NCBI GenBank assembly: GCA_038204425.1
Contig: JBBRCZ010000012.1
Span: 12,607 to 44,606 of the forward strand
Source: Spirochaetia bacterium
Lineage (GTDB): Bacteria; Spirochaetota; Spirochaetia; DSM-27196; Salinispiraceae
Direction: 5' to 3'
Length of the DNA: 32,000 nt
In this document: in pieces, positions 7,915 through 16,077 of the stretch
Numbering within the stretch: the stretch's first letter is position 1
How the letters are laid out: the number at the start of each line of letters is the position of its first letter
The notes under the pieces: model-generated
The model's input: the letters and a program-made list of their open reading frames with translations, nothing else
What the model was told of the DNA's origin: nothing
Database searches by the model: none
Program-made: the position numbers and the translations under genes

Positions 7915-8853
7915 GTGGACCACTTTGTTCAAATACTCAGCCAAGTCTTAGTGCTTTTTTTGCTTTTGCTGGCAGGCTTTGTATGCGTGCGCAGTAAGGT
8001 TTTTAATGATTCTGCCATCAAAGGCATGACCAGTCTTATCATCAAGCTCACTTTGCCCGCCATGATATTGGACTCTATGCTAAAGCAAGATTTTAGCCCC
8101 GCCTTGATGATAGAAAGCGGTCTAATTCTGCTAATTTCTTTTGTAATCTATGCCGTTTTAATTGCTTTGGCGATACCGTTTGGGCATTTCTTTAAGGCTA
8201 ACCCACGCGACATCGGCGTGTATCGCTTTGTCTTAGTTTTTAGCAATGTTGGATTTATGGGCTTCCCGGTCGTTCACGCTGTTTTTGGCCCCAGTGCACT
8301 GTTTTACGCCGCTATTTTTAATTTGCCATTCAACCTGCTGGTGTTCACTGCAGGAGTGCTTTTGCTAGTAAAAGGCCATGATCAACAAACTTTCAAACTC
8401 AGCTGGAAGCATCTTTTTAGTCCGGTGATAGTTTCGATTGTACTTGGTTTTGTGTTCTTTTTGAGTCGACTATCACTTCCTAACACGGTACTTAAGGTCT
8501 TGGAACTTTGCGGCTCAATTACTACCCCACTATCGATGATTGTGGTAGGCGGCATGTTGGGAGCGCAGCCTCTGCGCAACGTTTTCTTTAAATGGCAGCT
8601 TTACCTGCTCAGCTTTCTTAGGCTACTCGTCTGGCCACTTGCCGTCTATGCAACTTTACGTCTAATTACCGACAACACCATACTTGCGGCTGTTCCTGCC
8701 ATAATTACGGCAATGCCTGCAGCTGCCAATACCGCGCTTTTGGCGCATGAGTACCAGGCCAATGCCAGCTTGGCCAGTCAGGCTGTGTTTATGACAACAC
8801 TTTTGTCTGTTGTCACCATACCGCTTATTGCGGCACTCATAGCACTGTGGTAA
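7915..8853 (+). CDS. AEC (auxin efflux carrier / Mem_trans) family permease
   Basis: About 10 TM helices with the typical AEC N-terminus (ILSQVLVLFLLLLAGFVCVRSKVFNDSAIKGMTSLIIKLTLPAMIL) and C-terminal half (PAIITAMPAAANTALLAHEY). GTG start preceded by AAGGATAGG. Confidence 0.8.
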   Translation: MDHFVQILSQVLVLFLLLLAGFVCVRSKVFNDSAIKGMTSLIIKLTLPAMILDSMLKQDFSPALMIESGLILLISFVIYAVLIALAIPFGHFFKANPRDIGVYRFVLVFSNVGFMGFPVVHAVFGPSALFYAAIFNLPFNLLVFTAGVLLLVKGHDQQTFKLSWKHLFSPVIVSIVLGFVFFLSRLSLPNTVLKVLELCGSITTPLSMIVVGGMLGAQPLRNVFFKWQLYLLSFLRLLVWPLAVYATLRLITDNTILAAVPAIITAMPAAANTALLAHEYQANASLASQAVFMTTLLSVVTIPLIAALIALW

Positions 8854-10975
8854 TTGGGATTATAGGGACAGTCTTTTCAGAGTATCCTAGACTATTGTAA
8901 GAATACATTTTGTAGAGTTGCGGTGACGTTATGTTGCAAAAAGACAATATAGTGCGATTAACTTGGGTACTAAACTCGTTTCGCCAGACGTAGACGCCAT
9001 CCCACTCGTTATCCAAGACCACGCCATCGGCAATTGGGTCGTTCTCCCATTCGATCAAGACATGAGTTTTGGAAATAAAGCGAGCGCTAATAATGCGCGG
9101 CGGCTGCGGAAGCATAGTCGCTTGCCGAGGAATGGTTAGGTTGTGATCCCACCCGCACCAAGCAAAGAACTCACGAGCCTTGTCGACCATGCCGCTATCA
9201 AATTTTTTGAACGGCAGATTAAGATTCTGACCATGCAGTGGACTGTTGGCCGCCAAACTAAAGTCGAGACCAGCTGGATCACTTAAACGTGGGTCAACCC
9301 AAGTTGGGACTTCTTCGCTGTAAGGATTGTGATAGTCTTGCTTTCCTTTTTGCCACTCAACAAAATTACAAGCCACAAATTCCCGCTTGCCATTTAAGTA
9401 GTAGAAGTTCTTGTCCTGATGAGGGTGATAGAAAATATTGTGTTTGCCATGGTAATTATAGTCACGGTGATTGTTGTTATTTGCAGGCAAGAAGTTTCTG
9501 TCGCCTAAGAGATAGGTATGATAGTTGCCCGATGCAAAAAGATTGCTTTCAAAAGAATGGTACTTTGTTTCAATTTTCTGTCTAGTTGCATGCTCATCCT
9601 CACGTAGAAACCAAATTACTTCTGCCAAGGTTGCATAACTGTTGTTATAGAATAGACAGTTCTGAACCCTAGCTGCGCCTACGATAGAAGTATAGAAGCA
9701 ATAATGTTTGGCAAAAACTGAGACGGTTCTATCGATTAAATAAGGACCGTTGGCCAGTTCTATAAAAATATTGCGCGTATTCCAAGCAGAAAAAGAATCA
9801 CGCACAATGATGTTGCAACAATGTATATCAAACCAGAGACCCGGACAGGTATTGCCAACGCAACGCGAGTTTCGGTAGAGAAGGTCGTTGGTTTCGTGGA
9901 TTTTAGCTCCAGCGGTGTACCAGTCTATCTGGCCACCCCAGAAAACCTTCCAACAGTTAAAGTTGGTTTCTATATTGTCAAGAATCACGTCACTACAGGC
10001 GTTCATGCCAATCCCAGACGCGCCATTGTAGTTGAAACAGCTATCCTTAACGGTGAGTTTCTCTACGTTGCGAAAATGTATGCCGTATCCTGAGTTCCAC
10101 AAAAAATCACAAGCGTCAACTAAGAAATTTTGATGTTTGCTTCCAAAAATGATGATGCCAGTATTAGTGTCGTCCGTTGAATTAGCGTAGTGCTTAAAAA
10201 CAAGGTTTCGTAAAATCATATTGTTCTTTTCGCCAACAATGGTCAAAAATGACTTTCGAACACTGACTTCTATATATGCATTTTCAAAATCAAGCCCTCG
10301 CATTGGATTGATGTAAATCTTCTTACCATTGCGAAACTTTTCCGCAACCCCAAAGGTCCCCTCGTCGAGTGCGGCTTGCGGCTTGGTAAAATGACTATAG
10401 TGCCATTCGTTGGGCACAAAGTCTTTTGGTGTAGACAAATTATCAAGCGCATTGAGTCTATAGTCGTAGTTCTCTAAAATCTTCTGGCGAAGCGGTTTGC
10501 CGTTTACAAAAACTTGTTCACTGCGATGGGAGACAAGCGTGTGGCCCTCCCAAAAATAGGCAAAGTTGCCAAAACTGTGCTTCCAGCTATGCTTCCTGAT
10601 ACCATCCACACTGGGCTTCCATTCTTTTGCGGCAAACTCGTCAGAACCGCTGATGACTACCTTACCCTTACCTGCACCTTCAATCACTAAGAGAGCTTGA
10701 GCTCCTTGGGTATTTGGCCTTAGCGTAATGGCATCTTCGCGGTAAACGCCCTCTGCAATTAACACCTTAACTGAGCGTCCTTGGTTAATCAAAGTATCTG
10801 CCTGCGCCAAAGCGGCCTTGATATTGGCAAATGGGCTTTGTTTGCTGCCATCAGCCGACAAGCTGCTTATACGTGCGTTTACGTGCAGGATATGGTCAAA
10901 CTCTTCGAGAATGGTTGCGCCGTTGATGCGCGACTCGTCAGTACTTTCCAAAACGGGAAATTCTTTGCCTGTCAT
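8837..10975 (-). CDS. right-handed parallel beta-helix repeat protein with C-terminal FN3-like domain (possible polysaccharide lyase/hydrolase)
   Basis: N-terminal DGSKQSPFANIKAALAQA ... VKVLIAEGVYRE, typical of pectate-lyase-fold proteins. PbH1-like repeats (FLWNSGYGIHFRN, NYNGASGIGMNAC, GNTCPGLWFD). C-terminal beta-sandwich (PPRIISARFISKTHVLIEWEND). No obvious signal peptide. ATG 10975, preceded by GGAG at 6-nt spacing, is preferred over GTG 10993. Confidence 0.6.
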   Translation of the reverse strand: MTGKEFPVLESTDESRINGATILEEFDHILHVNARISSLSADGSKQSPFANIKAALAQADTLINQGRSVKVLIAEGVYREDAITLRPNTQGAQALLVIEGAGKGKVVISGSDEFAAKEWKPSVDGIRKHSWKHSFGNFAYFWEGHTLVSHRSEQVFVNGKPLRQKILENYDYRLNALDNLSTPKDFVPNEWHYSHFTKPQAALDEGTFGVAEKFRNGKKIYINPMRGLDFENAYIEVSVRKSFLTIVGEKNNMILRNLVFKHYANSTDDTNTGIIIFGSKHQNFLVDACDFLWNSGYGIHFRNVEKLTVKDSCFNYNGASGIGMNACSDVILDNIETNFNCWKVFWGGQIDWYTAGAKIHETNDLLYRNSRCVGNTCPGLWFDIHCCNIIVRDSFSAWNTRNIFIELANGPYLIDRTVSVFAKHYCFYTSIVGAARVQNCLFYNNSYATLAEVIWFLREDEHATRQKIETKYHSFESNLFASGNYHTYLLGDRNFLPANNNNHRDYNYHGKHNIFYHPHQDKNFYYLNGKREFVACNFVEWQKGKQDYHNPYSEEVPTWVDPRLSDPAGLDFSLAANSPLHGQNLNLPFKKFDSGMVDKAREFFAWCGWDHNLTIPRQATMLPQPPRIISARFISKTHVLIEWENDPIADGVVLDNEWDGVYVWRNEFSTQVNRTILSFCNITSPQLYKMYSYNSLGYSEKTVPIIPITTVL

Positions 10976-11019
10976 CTGGTACTCCGTCTCCACAACTTAA
11001 AAAAACCTTAATAGCCAGA

Positions 11020-11048
11020 AATGTAGTGGGTTTTGATGGTCTTAGCAA
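11020..11048 (-). promoter_or_regulatory. candidate sigma-70 promoter for the beta-helix gene (TTGCTA-N17-TACATT)
   Basis: The minus strand reads TTGCTA agaccatcaaaacccac TACATT. It sits just downstream of the glnK terminator and about 45 nt upstream of ATG 10975. Confidence 0.3.
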
Positions 11049-11053
11049 GAGAC

Positions 11054-11085
11054 AAAAAAAGGGCCAAGGCTGATCGCCTTGACCC
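11054..11085 (-). terminator. Rho-independent terminator of the amtB-glnK operon
   Basis: The minus strand reads GGGTCAAGGC-GATCA-GCCTTGGCCC (10-bp GC-rich stem with one mismatch, 5-nt loop), followed directly by TTTTTTT. It lies 30 nt downstream of the glnK stop. Confidence 0.75.
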
Positions 11086-11114
11086 TCAAACTATAACTAA
11101 TTGCGGTTGATACT

Positions 11115-11456
11115 TTAGCCAATGGCTTCTTTACCTCGTTCTCCAGTTCTAATTCGTACACATTCCTTTAGGTCAGAAACCCAAATCTTGCCATCGCCAA
11201 TTTTTCCAGAGCGCGCGCCCTTGATAATGGCCTCAATGGCGGGCTCAACAAATTCCTCGTTGAGCGCGATTTCAATTCTAACTTTTTTGATGAGGTTAAT
11301 TTCTTCCACACCACCGCGATAATTCTCGGTGTAGCCCATCTGTTGTCCAGCGCCAATCACATTGGAGACTGTCATTTTACCAATCTTTGCCTCAAAAAGT
11401 GCCTGTTTTACATCGGTCAACTTTTCGGGCTGAATTACAGCAACTACCAGTTTCAT
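11115..11456 (-). CDS. glnK: P-II nitrogen regulatory protein, GlnK type (amtB-linked)
   Basis: 112-aa P-II fold signature: [21 protein letters not shown]-loop [16 protein letters not shown]-terminal [23 protein letters not shown]. Starts 10 nt downstream of amtB. Confidence 0.9.
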   Translation of the reverse strand: MKLVVAVIQPEKLTDVKQALFEAKIGKMTVSNVIGAGQQMGYTENYRGGVEEINLIKKVRIEIALNEEFVEPAIEAIIKGARSGKIGDGKIWVSDLKECVRIRTGERGKEAIG

Positions 11457-11466
11457 GTTTTGCTCC

Positions 11467-12855
11467 TTATTTGGTCAGAAAGCCTTGGAAGTCTGGGTAA
11501 GCTTCTATGCCGTGCTCCCCAACGTCCAGACCAGCAATTTCTTCTTCTTTGGATACCCTGACACCAACGGTAACCTTGATGATTAACCATACTATCAACG
11601 ATGTAAGGAAGGTAAATCCGCCAACCGCCAATACGCCGATTGTTTGATTACCCAACAATGTCGCACCACCACCAGAGAAGAGTCCATTGCCAGTTGCTGC
11701 TCCAGTGATACCGTCAACAGCAAAGAGTCCAACAGCCAAGGTTCCCCAGATACCGTTGATCAAGTGAACCGAAAGCGCTCCGACTGGATCATCGAGTCTA
11801 AGTACATCAAACATCCAGACCGACAGAACTACCAATATACCGGCAACAAAGCCGATGATCAGCGAAGATTCTATCGTTACAAAAGCACAACCTGCGGTAA
11901 TGGCTACCAGACCAGCCAAGGCACCGTTAATAATCATGGTAAGGTCCGGCTTCTTCTGGAAGATCCACGACATGATAGTAGCCGATACAATTGCGGCTGC
12001 AGCTGCCATGTTGGTAGTTACGGCGATGTGAGCAATAGCGCTACCATCACCTACAGCCATGGTTGAGCCTGGGTTAAATCCAAACCAGCCAAACCACAGT
12101 ACCAGACCTCCCAATGTTGCCAGTGGCAAGTTGTGCCCTGGTATTGGCTTTACTTTTCCGTTTTTGTACTTGCCCAAACGTGGCCCAAGCACAATTACGC
12201 CAGCCAAAGCGGCCCAACCACCGACACTATGGACTACTGTTGAACCAGCAAAGTCCCAGAAACCAAGGCTTGCCAACCAACCGCCGCCCCATATCCAATG
12301 ACCAGTAACGGGATAGAGTAGACCTACCAAAATTACGGAGAAGATTATAAACGCGATAAACTTAACACGTTCAGCAACTGCACCCGAAACTATGGTGGCC
12401 GCTGTACCTGCAAATACTAACTGGAAGAAGAACTTGGCCCAAAGAGGAACCTGTGTCCAGCTGAGCGAACTGTAGGCGGCCGGGTCACTGGCAGCGGAAA
12501 CGAAGAAGATACCTTCTGTACCCACCACCACGTTGCCGTTTCCAAACATCAAACCAAAGCCCAAGACCCAGAATGCAATGGAAGCCAAAGCAAAGACCAC
12601 AAAGTTCTTTGCCAAAATGTTGACCGTGTTTTTGGCTCGAGCCAAACCCGATTCCACCATGGCAAAGCCCATGTTCATAAAGAACACCAAAAATCCCGCC
12701 ATCATTACCCACACGGTATCAAGTCCCAAAGAAATGAGATTGATTTTTTGAACTATTTCATCGGTGCTTGTCGCTACTGCATCTTGTGCAAACAGCGGTG
12801 CGCCCACACAAAGAAGGAGCAAGACCAGCAATCCAAACAGTACTCCCTTTTTCAT
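11467..12855 (-). CDS. amtB: ammonium transporter AmtB with cleavable signal peptide
   Basis: Signal peptide, then 11 TM helices with Amt signatures ([69 protein letters not shown]). Strong SD AAGGGGGAAC upstream of the ATG. Confidence 0.95.
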   Translation of the reverse strand: MKKGVLFGLLVLLLLCVGAPLFAQDAVATSTDEIVQKINLISLGLDTVWVMMAGFLVFFMNMGFAMVESGLARAKNTVNILAKNFVVFALASIAFWVLGFGLMFGNGNVVVGTEGIFFVSAASDPAAYSSLSWTQVPLWAKFFFQLVFAGTAATIVSGAVAERVKFIAFIIFSVILVGLLYPVTGHWIWGGGWLASLGFWDFAGSTVVHSVGGWAALAGVIVLGPRLGKYKNGKVKPIPGHNLPLATLGGLVLWFGWFGFNPGSTMAVGDGSAIAHIAVTTNMAAAAAIVSATIMSWIFQKKPDLTMIINGALAGLVAITAGCAFVTIESSLIIGFVAGILVVLSVWMFDVLRLDDPVGALSVHLINGIWGTLAVGLFAVDGITGAATGNGLFSGGGATLLGNQTIGVLAVGGFTFLTSLIVWLIIKVTVGVRVSKEEEIAGLDVGEHGIEAYPDFQGFLTK

Positions 12856-12893
12856 TTTACGTTCCCCCTTATTGAAAACACTACCTAGAACTA

Positions 12894-12909
12894 AGCAATT
12901 ACCGTGCCA
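12894..12909 (-). promoter_or_regulatory. sigma-54 (-24/-12) promoter of amtB-glnK
   Basis: The minus strand reads TGGCACGGTAATTGCT, a perfect match to TGGCACG-N4-TTGCW. The predicted TSS is about 30 nt upstream of the amtB ATG (12855). Confidence 0.8.
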
Positions 12910-12918
12910 AAAACGGAA

Positions 12919-12945
12919 AAGATCGAAAAATATTTTTTCGATCTT
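12919..12945. promoter_or_regulatory. 27-bp AT-rich palindrome immediately upstream of the sigma-54 -24 element
   Basis: AAGATCGAAAAA-TAT-TTTTTCGATCTT: 12-bp perfect arms and a 3-nt centre, 10 nt upstream of the TGGCAC. There is no converging gene, so it is not a terminator. Confidence 0.5.
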
Positions 12946-13034
12946 CTTTTGAATAGACTTAGTTCTCCGCTTATGTGCTTTCCGATAAGCTACTTAACTC
13001 TAAGCGAGGACTACTCTATTTAACTTAGGTCAGA

Positions 13035-13046
13035 TGTCAATTGACA
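13035..13046. promoter_or_regulatory. perfect 12-bp palindrome TGTCAATTGACA (candidate enhancer/UAS or divergent -35 boxes)
   Basis: Perfect dyad about 130 bp upstream of the sigma-54 -24 element. It contains TTGACA on both strands. On the minus strand TTGACA-N16-TAGAGT also fits a sigma-70 promoter. Confidence 0.35.
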
Positions 13047-13177
13047 AGATACCGACAAAATTTTCCTACATCTACGAAACAATGCACCCGAGTTCCGACG
13101 AAAACACCAGCTTTATCATACGAAAAGGTAGGTTTTTTCGACTCAAAATACCAATATGTAGCAATATGGTTTGCTGC

Positions 13178-13206
13178 TTGTCAAAGCTTGTCAGCTGCAG
13201 TAAATT
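13178..13206 (+). promoter_or_regulatory. candidate sigma-70 promoter for the LpxO-like gene (TTGTCA-N17-TAAATT)
   Basis: TTGTCA aagcttgtcagctgcag TAAATT, about 60 nt upstream of ATG 13269. It is followed by the dyad TTTGC-N5-GCAAA. Confidence 0.3.
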
Positions 13207-13268
13207 GCTATTTGCAATTCGCAAAGTTTAATTGCTTGCAAACTCTGCTGTTTCCAAGGAGACTCACC

Positions 13269-14033
13269 ATGGTATTTTTAATCGTATTGGGTTCGATTGC
13301 GGTATTATGCATCGCAATCTACTTTATTGAACCATTTATTTTTGCTTTGCTATTCTCTGGGATTATCTCGCTCTTTGTTAGAAACCCGCCTTATATTGCA
13401 AACATTGACGAGCAGTTTCCGGGCGCAAAATTGTTGCGAGACAATTTTGATACTATTAGAGCCGAACTCGATCACATACTGCTAAACAAAGGCGCTATCC
13501 CAAAATTTCACGAAGTTGACAAACTGCAAAGTATCATTTCTGATAAAGACAAAGTTGCATGGAGAACGTTTGTTATCAAAGGTTTTGGGAAATGGGTAGA
13601 CAACAACTGCTCTCAAGTGCCCAAAACAACTGAGTTGCTGAGACAACTTCCACAAGTTTCAACTGCTATTTTTTCGATAATTGACGGCGGCAAGCACATT
13701 CCACCACACATTGGCTTTTTTAAGAGCGTGTTACGCTATCACCTCGCCATGATCATACCAAGTGATGCGCCAGTTTACCTAATTGTTGATGGAAAAGAGT
13801 ATCATTGGAAAGAAGGACAAGACGTTCTCTTTGACGATACTTTTAAACATGAGGTTTGGAACAAGTCAACAGGAACAAGAACCGTGCTGTTTCTTGACGT
13901 TCTTCGCGAGAAGGGCTTTCCTAAGTTCTTTACCGCCATCAATCGCTGGATGTTTGGAGTTTTGACAAGCTCTAGAAAATTGCTCAAAGCTGCTCGCAAT
14001 GCAGAAGTTGCAAAAGACATAAACAATAACTAG
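13269..14033 (+). CDS. membrane-anchored aspartyl/asparaginyl beta-hydroxylase family Fe(II)/2-OG dioxygenase (LpxO-like)
   Basis: N-terminal TM (MVFLIVLGSIAVLCIAIYFIEPFIFALLF). Asp_Arg_Hydrox-type core: WRTFVIKGFGKWV, GGKHIPPHIGFFKSVLRYHLAMIIP, LFDDTFKHEVWN. AAGGAG SD lies 8 nt before ATG 13269. The 76-codon upstream extension of the track ORF is rejected. Confidence 0.7.
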   Translation: MVFLIVLGSIAVLCIAIYFIEPFIFALLFSGIISLFVRNPPYIANIDEQFPGAKLLRDNFDTIRAELDHILLNKGAIPKFHEVDKLQSIISDKDKVAWRTFVIKGFGKWVDNNCSQVPKTTELLRQLPQVSTAIFSIIDGGKHIPPHIGFFKSVLRYHLAMIIPSDAPVYLIVDGKEYHWKEGQDVLFDDTFKHEVWNKSTGTRTVLFLDVLREKGFPKFFTAINRWMFGVLTSSRKLLKAARNAEVAKDINNN

Positions 14034-14116
14034 TTTTTATTGTTGCTCTTCACTAAAAGCTGACAAAGACACTCTGATTTAACACAAGGGCGCCAAAAAA
14101 GTATTAGAATCGAAGT

Positions 14117-15205
14117 ATGCTGTGGTTAAATCGACAAGTTGTACTTCGATCTTTTTTGTTTCTATTTGGAATTGTAACTTTTTTGTCACCTGTGGTGCTT
14201 TTTTCGCAGGAAATTGACAGGTCACTTTTTATGGGGCCTTTTGCGAGTGGCAATAGTTATCCTTTATTTCTGACATTTATTAACCCCAATCCCGAAACAG
14301 CGAGTACGCAAAAAGCTGGCACTTTAAGCATTTCCCTGCTAGAAACCTATGCAAACAGTGGTTACCGTAACTTTGAGCCATCAGAACGGCAGTACGGCCC
14401 GTCAAATTTAGCTCTCGACGTCGACTATGAAGCGCTAAGCAACTTGCTACGAGTAAGATACAGCCCAATTGATAGACTTGATTTCTTTAGCGAAGTTTCT
14501 TTGTTATACTACCACTCCGGCTACTTTGATCCGGCGATACAGGCTTTTCACAAATTTTTTGGGTTTTCTAACGGATCCCGGGATCTTTTTCCGGACAATG
14601 TACTTTTGATAAGAGCCAGAACCAAGGGCAGTACGTGGTTCGAGTACACTAACGCCGTGACGACGGTTCCGTGGATTCAATTGGGCGTCAAGTACGAACT
14701 GTTGCCACCGACCGTAGATGGAACAGCATTCTCAATCTCTACAATCGCCAAGATTCCGCTTTCAACTATCAGCAATCCTTTTGAATCCAAGTCTTTAGAC
14801 TGGGCCTTAATGGCCAACATTGACCAAGTTCTTGGTCCAGTCAAATTGAGCGGAAATTTGGGACTTGCCATCGTCGGGCCCAGCGACTTTGTTCCTGCAG
14901 AATATGTAAGCTCACTAATTATACCCTTTGCCTTTAATTTTGAATGGCTATTGGGCAATGACTTTGCTTTGGTGTTTACTGTGGATGCGACATCTAGCCC
15001 CTTTGCCACAGGCCATCCAAAGTTGGACAGGCTTGGGTCCGGTTTTATGCTCGGCGTAAAGGCCAGGCTCGCTACTAATTTAGTTATGGAGCTTGGCTTT
15101 CAAGAAGAGTTTATAACGTTTAATGCGCCCGACATTGGCGCATTCATTGGCTTTGAACTAAAAATTCCACTTGTGAGCCCCCAACTAGACTATGAAACTA
15201 AATGA
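14117..15205 (+). CDS. exported hypothetical protein (possible outer-membrane beta-barrel)
   Basis: Signal peptide (VLRSFLFLFGIVTFLSPVVLFSQE). Alternating hydrophobic/polar strands and frequent aromatic girdle-like residues. I recognise no catalytic motif. The stop lies 6 nt before mutM. Confidence 0.5.
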   Translation: MLWLNRQVVLRSFLFLFGIVTFLSPVVLFSQEIDRSLFMGPFASGNSYPLFLTFINPNPETASTQKAGTLSISLLETYANSGYRNFEPSERQYGPSNLALDVDYEALSNLLRVRYSPIDRLDFFSEVSLLYYHSGYFDPAIQAFHKFFGFSNGSRDLFPDNVLLIRARTKGSTWFEYTNAVTTVPWIQLGVKYELLPPTVDGTAFSISTIAKIPLSTISNPFESKSLDWALMANIDQVLGPVKLSGNLGLAIVGPSDFVPAEYVSSLIIPFAFNFEWLLGNDFALVFTVDATSSPFATGHPKLDRLGSGFMLGVKARLATNLVMELGFQEEFITFNAPDIGAFIGFELKIPLVSPQLDYETK

Positions 15206-15211
15206 GAGACT

Positions 15212-16075
15212 ATGCCAGAATTACCGGAAGTAGAAACTTTTGTCAGAGCTTTGCGCCAAGGTCGCAACCTGGGCAGCGAGAACGAGTACTTCCCTAGTCT
15301 TCAGGGCCAAACCATTGTTGACTTATGGAGCGACTACCCAAAAACCCTAGCACCAAACCAAGAGTTGTTCCAAACAAACGTGGTCGGCCGACAAATAAAA
15401 GAGATAACACGACGTGGCAAGTATATTGTCTTTGTTTTAGACAAAGGACTCTTTCATATCCACCTTAGGATGAGTGGCCGACTCTCCGTTTCCAAACTAA
15501 GCAGCCCAAGACCCAAGCACGTCCATGTCTGCATTATGCTTAGTTCTGGCTACTGCATTCTTTTTGACGATGCAAGAAAGTTTGGTCGCTGTACTTGGTC
15601 AGAAGACCAAGCCGCTCTCAATGAGAAACTCGGCATTGAACCATTTGATGGTTTGTTTGACGGCGTCTGGCTGATGCAGCACTTAAAAAAAACTAAGCGC
15701 GCAATCAAAGCGGCACTGCTTGATCAAAGCATTATAGCCGGCATCGGCAATATTTACGCCGACGAAGCATTATGGCGTGCTAGAATTAATCCCCTCCACC
15801 AAGCATCGTCCTTGAGCTTTGAGCAGTGCTCAGCCTTGCAAGAGTCGATAGTACAGGCCCTAAGTGACGGTATCAAACACGGCGGCGCCGCAATTGACTG
15901 GGTCTATCCAGGCGGAAAATTTCAGGACCAGTTTACAGTCTATGGGCGCACTGGTCAGGCGTGCAAACGTTGCAATGGAGCTATCGTGCGCACGGTCGTG
16001 GCACAGCGCGGCACCCATTTTTGCCCCAACTGCCAGCCCCAATCAACTAGCACAATCGTGACTACGCTAAGCTGA
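15212..16075 (+). CDS. mutM: formamidopyrimidine-DNA glycosylase
   Basis: N-terminal catalytic MPELPEVE, H2TH region (LLDQSIIAGIGNIYADEALWRARI), and C-terminal zinc finger CKRCNGAIVRTVVAQRGTHFCPNCQ. Confidence 0.9.
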   Translation: MPELPEVETFVRALRQGRNLGSENEYFPSLQGQTIVDLWSDYPKTLAPNQELFQTNVVGRQIKEITRRGKYIVFVLDKGLFHIHLRMSGRLSVSKLSSPRPKHVHVCIMLSSGYCILFDDARKFGRCTWSEDQAALNEKLGIEPFDGLFDGVWLMQHLKKTKRAIKAALLDQSIIAGIGNIYADEALWRARINPLHQASSLSFEQCSALQESIVQALSDGIKHGGAAIDWVYPGGKFQDQFTVYGRTGQACKRCNGAIVRTVVAQRGTHFCPNCQPQSTSTIVTTLS

Positions 16076-16077
16076 GC

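Noticed and set aside
13041-13268. The 76-codon N-terminal extension of the LpxO-like ORF (track start 13041, TTG), and the overlapping 65-aa ORF 13034-13231.
   Set aside because: The extension has no SD and is Cys/Gln/Thr-rich with a non-protein-like composition. It also covers promoter-like and palindromic DNA. ATG 13269 has a consensus AAGGAG SD and begins exactly at the TM anchor expected for this family.
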